Origin: a virus
IMG/VR virus record: IMGVR_UViG_3300029130_000018
Length of the DNA: 43,040 nucleotides
Reading direction: 5' to 3' (one strand)
Below, in pieces: positions 39,421 through 43,040 of this stretch. Both the position numbers and the translations under genes were made by a program. Below the pieces are notes generated by a model that saw nothing but the letters and a program-made list of their open reading frames with translations, had not been told where the DNA came from and ran no database searches. How positions within the stretch are numbered: the first letter of the stretch is position 1; the number at the start of each line of letters is the position of its first letter.

Positions 39421-39432
39421 GGAGGCTCCGCC

Positions 39433-40212
39433 ATGCCGAACAGGATAATCAAGGAGAGCATATGCTCAAGTGAGAAGCTGGCGGCGCTTTCGGATTTTGA
39501 ATTTCGGTTATGGGTTGGACTTATAACACAGGCAGATGATGCGGGGCGGGGCGACGCTCGCCCCGCCATAATCAAGGGACATATTTTCCCGTTCCGGGAA
39601 AGGCTATCCATCAAAGACATAGATGCTGCGCTCCAAGAATTGGCGGCAAAAGGCTGCGTTGCCCTCTACAAAGTGGACGGGAAGCCCTACTTTTTGTTCC
39701 CCGGGTGGGTCAAGCATCAGCGTGTGCGCGATTGCAAGCCGAAGTTCCCCGAACCGCCGGAAAACGGCGCTCTTGATACTTCTGCCGCAGATTGCGGCGA
39801 GTTGCCGCAAGTTGCCGCAGATTGTGGCTATAATCCAATCCAATCCGAATCCAAATCCGAATCCGAATCCAAATCCGAAAACGAATCCAAATCCAAAAGC
39901 GCACGCGAGGACGCGTTCGACGTGTTTTGGGCGGCATACCCGCGGAAAGTGGGCAAGGGGGCGGCACGCAAGGCTTTTGCGAAACTGCCTGCGGCTGTTT
40001 TCCCTCTGCTCGTGCCTGCTGTCGAGGCGCAGAAGCTCAGCGCACAGTGGCGCAAGAACGGCGGGGAGTACATCCCGAATCCGGCCACATGGCTGAATCA
40101 AGAGCGCTGGGACGACAAGTTGCCTGACACCGGCACGGCGAACGCAAAGGCGCAGGAGCTTGACGACTTTTACAGCATGACTCAGGACTGGGCGAGGAGG
40201 GACGACGAGTGA
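39433..40212 (+). CDS. Replication initiator / replisome organiser
   Basis: N-terminal IIKESICSSEKLAALSDFEFRLWVGLITQADDAGRGD...GWVKHQRV. C-terminal FDVFWAAYPRKVGKGAARKAF...IPNPATWLNQERW. Central repeats. Confidence 0.7.
   Translation: MPNRIIKESICSSEKLAALSDFEFRLWVGLITQADDAGRGDARPAIIKGHIFPFRERLSIKDIDAALQELAAKGCVALYKVDGKPYFLFPGWVKHQRVRDCKPKFPEPPENGALDTSAADCGELPQVAADCGYNPIQSESKSESESKSENESKSKSAREDAFDVFWAAYPRKVGKGAARKAFAKLPAAVFPLLVPAVEAQKLSAQWRKNGGEYIPNPATWLNQERWDDKLPDTGTANAKAQELDDFYSMTQDWARRDDE
39782..39900 (+). repeat. Iteron-like repeats (TTGCCGCA x3, GCCGCAGATTG x2) followed by ~10 tandem (A/G)AATCC hexamers: candidate origin inside the initiator gene
   Basis: Read directly. The hexamers encode (ES/KS)n. 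Confidence 0.5.
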
Positions 40213-40751
40213 CGCGAGACGAGTTCAGCATTTTTGCGAACGCTTTGCGGACATATTACGCCAAAGAGAACCTTTTGCCGAACAAACAGGCAATGGAACT
40301 TTGGTATCAGGCGCTTAAAGACCTCTCATACTCGCTGGCGTCTGCGGCGCTCGGCAAGTGGAGCCAGACGAGCCGGTGGTCGCCGACGATCGCCGACATC
40401 CGAGAGACGGCGGCGGACATCACAGACCCTGACGACGGCGAGGACTGGTCAATGGGCTGGGGCAAAGTGCTCAAGGCTATCAGCCGCTACGGTTGGAGTC
40501 GACCGGAAGAGGCGTTGGCTACGCTGGACGAGACTAGCCGCGCTGCGGTGAAGTGCCTCGGATGGCAGAACCTCTGCATGAGCGAAAACATCAGTGTGGA
40601 TCGCACATCGTTCCGCCAGACCTACGAAACCATGAAGAAGCGCAAGAAGGAGCAGCGGCAGATATCCCCCGATGTTCTGGCGATGATACAGGCCGTGAGA
40701 CTGCCGGAAATGCCGAAGCGCGAAGCGCTGGAGGGACACCATGAGGATTGA
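40209..40751 (+). CDS. Helicase loader, G39P-like (loader/inhibitor of G40P family), GTG start
   Basis: FSIFANALRTYYAKE...MELWYQALKDLSY...WSPTIADIRE matches the family pattern. GTGA overlap with the upstream gene. Confidence 0.6.
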   Translation: MTRDEFSIFANALRTYYAKENLLPNKQAMELWYQALKDLSYSLASAALGKWSQTSRWSPTIADIRETAADITDPDDGEDWSMGWGKVLKAISRYGWSRPEEALATLDETSRAAVKCLGWQNLCMSENISVDRTSFRQTYETMKKRKKEQRQISPDVLAMIQAVRLPEMPKREALEGHHED

Positions 40752-41244
40752 CAGCGCAAGGATGCAGGGCGGCGAGCTCGTGCTGACGGCCTCCGTGCCG
40801 GACGCGAGGCGGTTTGTGTACGGCTTCAGGCCGGGGGAATATGACATCTCCCCCGCCAAGAAGAAACGCAGTCTCAACGCCAATGCATACGCGTGGCGGC
40901 TCATCAACGACATAGCGCTTGCCGTACGCGAGACGCCGGAGACGGTGTACCGCGAGGCGCTGAAGAACGTGCCGAACATCTGCGAGGTTGTCTGCATCGA
41001 GGACAGGGCGGTTGACAGCATGATACGCCTGTGGACACGCGACCACATAGGGCGGCGTGTTGAGCGCGAGCCAAGCACCAAGAACGACGGCTGCTCCATA
41101 CTGTGGTTGTATTACGGCAGCTCGGATTTTGATACCCGCCAGATGGCCATGCTGATAGACGGCCTCATACAGGATGCGCGGGCGCTGGGCATCGAGACGC
41201 GGCCGGAGGAGGAAATCAGATCGTTGCTGGAGGAGTGGAAATGA
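40741..41244 (+). CDS. NinB/Orf-like recombination mediator
   Basis: KKRSLNANAYAWRLINDIALAV and SDFDTRQMAMLIDGLIQDARALGIET parallel the lambda NinB motifs. Confidence 0.55.
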   Translation: MRIDSARMQGGELVLTASVPDARRFVYGFRPGEYDISPAKKKRSLNANAYAWRLINDIALAVRETPETVYREALKNVPNICEVVCIEDRAVDSMIRLWTRDHIGRRVEREPSTKNDGCSILWLYYGSSDFDTRQMAMLIDGLIQDARALGIETRPEEEIRSLLEEWK

Positions 41245-41558
41245 AGAACGAATACGGCGTTACCCTCGACCGCAACGGCTATGCACCGTCGATCGTGCAG
41301 GACATCGAGGGCTGCTACTACTGCGCAACGCAGTGCGGCAAGCTCGACCGGCACGAGGTGTTTCACGGCGCGTCCCGCAAAAAATCAAAGGCGCTCGGGC
41401 TCTGGGTGCTGCTCTGCCACGACTGCCACATGACGCTGCACCACAAGGACGCCGCGCTTGACGCGCTGCTCAAACGTCAAGGTCAGCGCGTGGCAATGCG
41501 GCACTACGGCTGGAGCGAGGACGAGTTCCGGGCACACTTTGGGAAAAATTACATTTAA
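41241..41558 (+). CDS. Small zinc-binding / HNH-like protein
   Basis: CYYC...LDRHEVFHGASRKKSKALGLWVLLCHDCHMTLHH. ATGA overlap with the upstream gene. Confidence 0.6.
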   Translation: MKNEYGVTLDRNGYAPSIVQDIEGCYYCATQCGKLDRHEVFHGASRKKSKALGLWVLLCHDCHMTLHHKDAALDALLKRQGQRVAMRHYGWSEDEFRAHFGKNYI

Positions 41559-41569
41559 GGAGAGCACAT

Positions 41570-42652
41570 ATGAACGAGAAAATAGTTACCAGTCAAGCCG
41601 AGCTTGACGCGATACCCGTAGATTACAGCGGCAGAATCATCATAAAGTTCGGCACCCCGGCCAAGCGTGCAGTCGTGAACAAAAAGTATCTGCTCCCCGT
41701 CGAGGCGTATGACAACAGCTCCGTCGAGGCGTATGACAACAGCTCCGTTTGTACGTATGACAACAGCTCCGTTCGCGCGTATGGCAACAGCTCCGTTTGT
41801 GCGTGTAACAACAGCTCCGTTTGTGCGTATGACAACAGCTCCGTTCGCGCGTATGACAACAGCTCCGTTTGTACGTATGACAACAGCTCCGTTCGCGCGT
41901 ATGACAACAGCTCCGTTTGTGCGTGTAACAACAGCTCCGTCGAGGCGTATGACAACAGCTCCGTTTGTGCGTATGGCAACAGCTCCGTTTGTGCGTGTAA
42001 CAACAGCTCCGTTTGTACGCATGACAACAGCTCCGTCGAGGCGTATGACAACAGCTCCGTCGAGGCGTATGACAACAGCTCCGTTTGTACGTATGACAAC
42101 AGCTCAGTCGAGGCGCATGACAACAGCTCAGTCGAGGCGCATGACAACAGCTCCGTTCGTGCGTATGGCAACAGCCAAGTTGTAGATGCACACAGGCAAG
42201 GTAACATAATGGTCTCCGGCAATGCCCGCATTGTGTATAACCCCGACAATATCGCCGATTGGGCGTCGGCAAACGGTATCACCATAACCGACGGTAAAAT
42301 CAGACTGTATAAGGCCGTACATAAACGCGATGGCAAATACGTTGCCGATTGGGATAACAATTTCACATACACCATCGGCGCGGTCGCCGAGGCAAATGGG
42401 TTTACCACCGACCCCGAGGAAGATTGCGGGCAGGGAATACACATGGCAACGCTGGGGTGGTCTGCTGCGCATGGGCGAGGCTGGGGCGATATAGCACTGC
42501 TTGAGCTTGAGACCGACGCAGACGAGATAGTCGTGCCGCTGTACGAAACCGGCAAAGTCCGCGCCCCGAAAGCGCTGGTTATCCGCGAGGTGCCGCTGGA
42601 AGAGGCGGGCATTATGGGCAAGATTCTGGCGAAGCGGAGGGAGAATGGATAA
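41570..42652 (+). CDS. Repeat protein: 20 tandem octapeptides V(E/C/R)(A/T)(Y/C/H)(D/G/N)NSS plus a conserved C-terminal domain
   Basis: AGGAGAG RBS. 360 aa. The C-terminal part is IRLYKAVHKRDGKYVADWD...CGQGIHMATL...VVPL..GKVRAPKALVIREV. Confidence 0.8.
   Translation: MNEKIVTSQAELDAIPVDYSGRIIIKFGTPAKRAVVNKKYLLPVEAYDNSSVEAYDNSSVCTYDNSSVRAYGNSSVCACNNSSVCAYDNSSVRAYDNSSVCTYDNSSVRAYDNSSVCACNNSSVEAYDNSSVCAYGNSSVCACNNSSVCTHDNSSVEAYDNSSVEAYDNSSVCTYDNSSVEAHDNSSVEAHDNSSVRAYGNSQVVDAHRQGNIMVSGNARIVYNPDNIADWASANGITITDGKIRLYKAVHKRDGKYVADWDNNFTYTIGAVAEANGFTTDPEEDCGQGIHMATLGWSAAHGRGWGDIALLELETDADEIVVPLYETGKVRAPKALVIREVPLEEAGIMGKILAKRRENG
41699..42178 (+). repeat. 20 x 24-bp tandem repeat (invariant core AACAGCTCCGT)
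   Basis: Counted from both the sequence and the protein. All six frames are open across it. Confidence 0.95.
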
Positions 42653-43040
42653 AGAACATACAGCGATGGAGCGGCTGCGCCTCGCGTCGGACATGTCGCT
42701 GCGCCTGTATAAGCAGCCGCTTGTGCTTACAGACTCCGGAGGCAAAGACTCTGCGGTGATATGCCGCCTCGCCGAAAACGCCGGAATCCCGTTCGAGATC
42801 GTGCATAACCACACCACAGCGGACGCACCCGAAACCGTGTACCACGTCCGCAAGCGAGCGAAAGAATACGAGGGCAAGGGCATCAAGTACACTATCGCGC
42901 ACCCCACATACAAAGGCGAGCGTACCTCCATGTGGGCACTGATACCTCAAAAGTTAATGCCGCCGACGCGGATTGCGCGGTATTGCTGCCAAGTCCTCAA
43001 GGAGCAGACCGGGAAGGATAGATTTATCGTCACCGGCGTC
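42645..43040 (+). CDS. PAPS reductase-like PP-loop protein, N-terminal part (runs off the window end and continues at base 1)
   Basis: The ATG at 42645 overlaps the upstream stop. PP-loop motif LTDSGGKDSAV (42732-42752 encodes DSGGKDS). No stop before 43040. Absent from the ORF track because it is open-ended. Confidence 0.85.
   Translation, partial: MDKEHTAMERLRLASDMSLRLYKQPLVLTDSGGKDSAVICRLAENAGIPFEIVHNHTTADAPETVYHVRKRAKEYEGKGIKYTIAHPTYKGERTSMWALIPQKLMPPTRIARYCCQVLKEQTGKDRFIVTGV
42942..43040 (+). repeat. Terminal overlap copy 2 (identical to 1-99)
   Basis: Exact identity read directly. Confidence 0.95.

Larger units (their letters stand above)
1..42941. mobile_element. Complete temperate phage genome (circular or circularly permuted unit of 42,941 bp), short-tailed (podovirus-like) structural module
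   Basis: Full set of terminase, portal, scaffold, capsid, lysis, integrase/attP, repressor and replication genes. The window ends overlap by 99 bp and close one ORF. Confidence 0.85.

Noticed and set aside
39832-39897. The AATCC(A/G) hexamer array as a non-coding microsatellite or CRISPR-like repeat.
   Set aside because: It is in frame within the initiator gene, where it encodes an (ES/KS)n linker. It is retained only as a possible origin component.
41699-42178. Could the 20 x 24-bp array be a CRISPR array?
   Set aside because: The units are contiguous with no spacers, sit in frame inside a gene, and no cas genes are present.
41555-42621. Several ORFs in other frames and strands across the 24-bp repeat array (41555-42022 -, 41623-42621 -, 41640-42272 -, 41709-42185 +).
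   Set aside because: The repeat unit has no stop codon in any frame, so every frame is open by construction. Only the 41570 frame has an RBS, a non-repetitive N-terminus and a conserved C-terminal domain.

Overview
The window is one complete temperate phage genome assembled as a circle. Bases 1-99 recur exactly at 42942-43040 (unit length 42,941 bp), and the junction re-joins a single PAPS-reductase-like ORF. It is high-GC with Firmicutes/Clostridia-style signals: GGAGG ribosome-binding sites, an XhlA/holin lysis cassette and a Prp protease.

Gene order:
- A DNA-modification/anti-restriction island (PAPS-reductase-like, Dam-type methyltransferase, Lar) plus small genes, including a frameshifted DUF1064.
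- TerS and TerL, then a leftward two-gene RHH cassette.
- Portal, Prp protease, a collar-domain tail fibre, a Q-rich protein and a 3,050-aa polyvalent protein.
- Scaffold, an N4-gp56-type major capsid and short-tail structural genes. No tail tube or tape measure is present.
- Two DUF4406 paralogues, then endolysin-XhlA-holin and a sigma-region-4-like regulator.
- A five-gene moron cluster.
- attP (the 3' part of a tRNA-Ser-like gene plus arm repeats), integrase, a membrane HTH protein, an exported protein and a CI-like repressor with divergent promoters.
- Early genes: Gp157, Rad52-like SSAP, SSB, replication organiser and loader, NinB-like, and a gene carrying 20 x 24-bp repeats.

The most unusual feature is a ~0.85-kb non-coding gap (34802-35657). 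It is built from two paralogous modules, each framed on the minus strand by a promoter and an intrinsic terminator, and these are candidate large structured or antisense RNAs.

All family calls are by-eye motif recognition; no searches were run.
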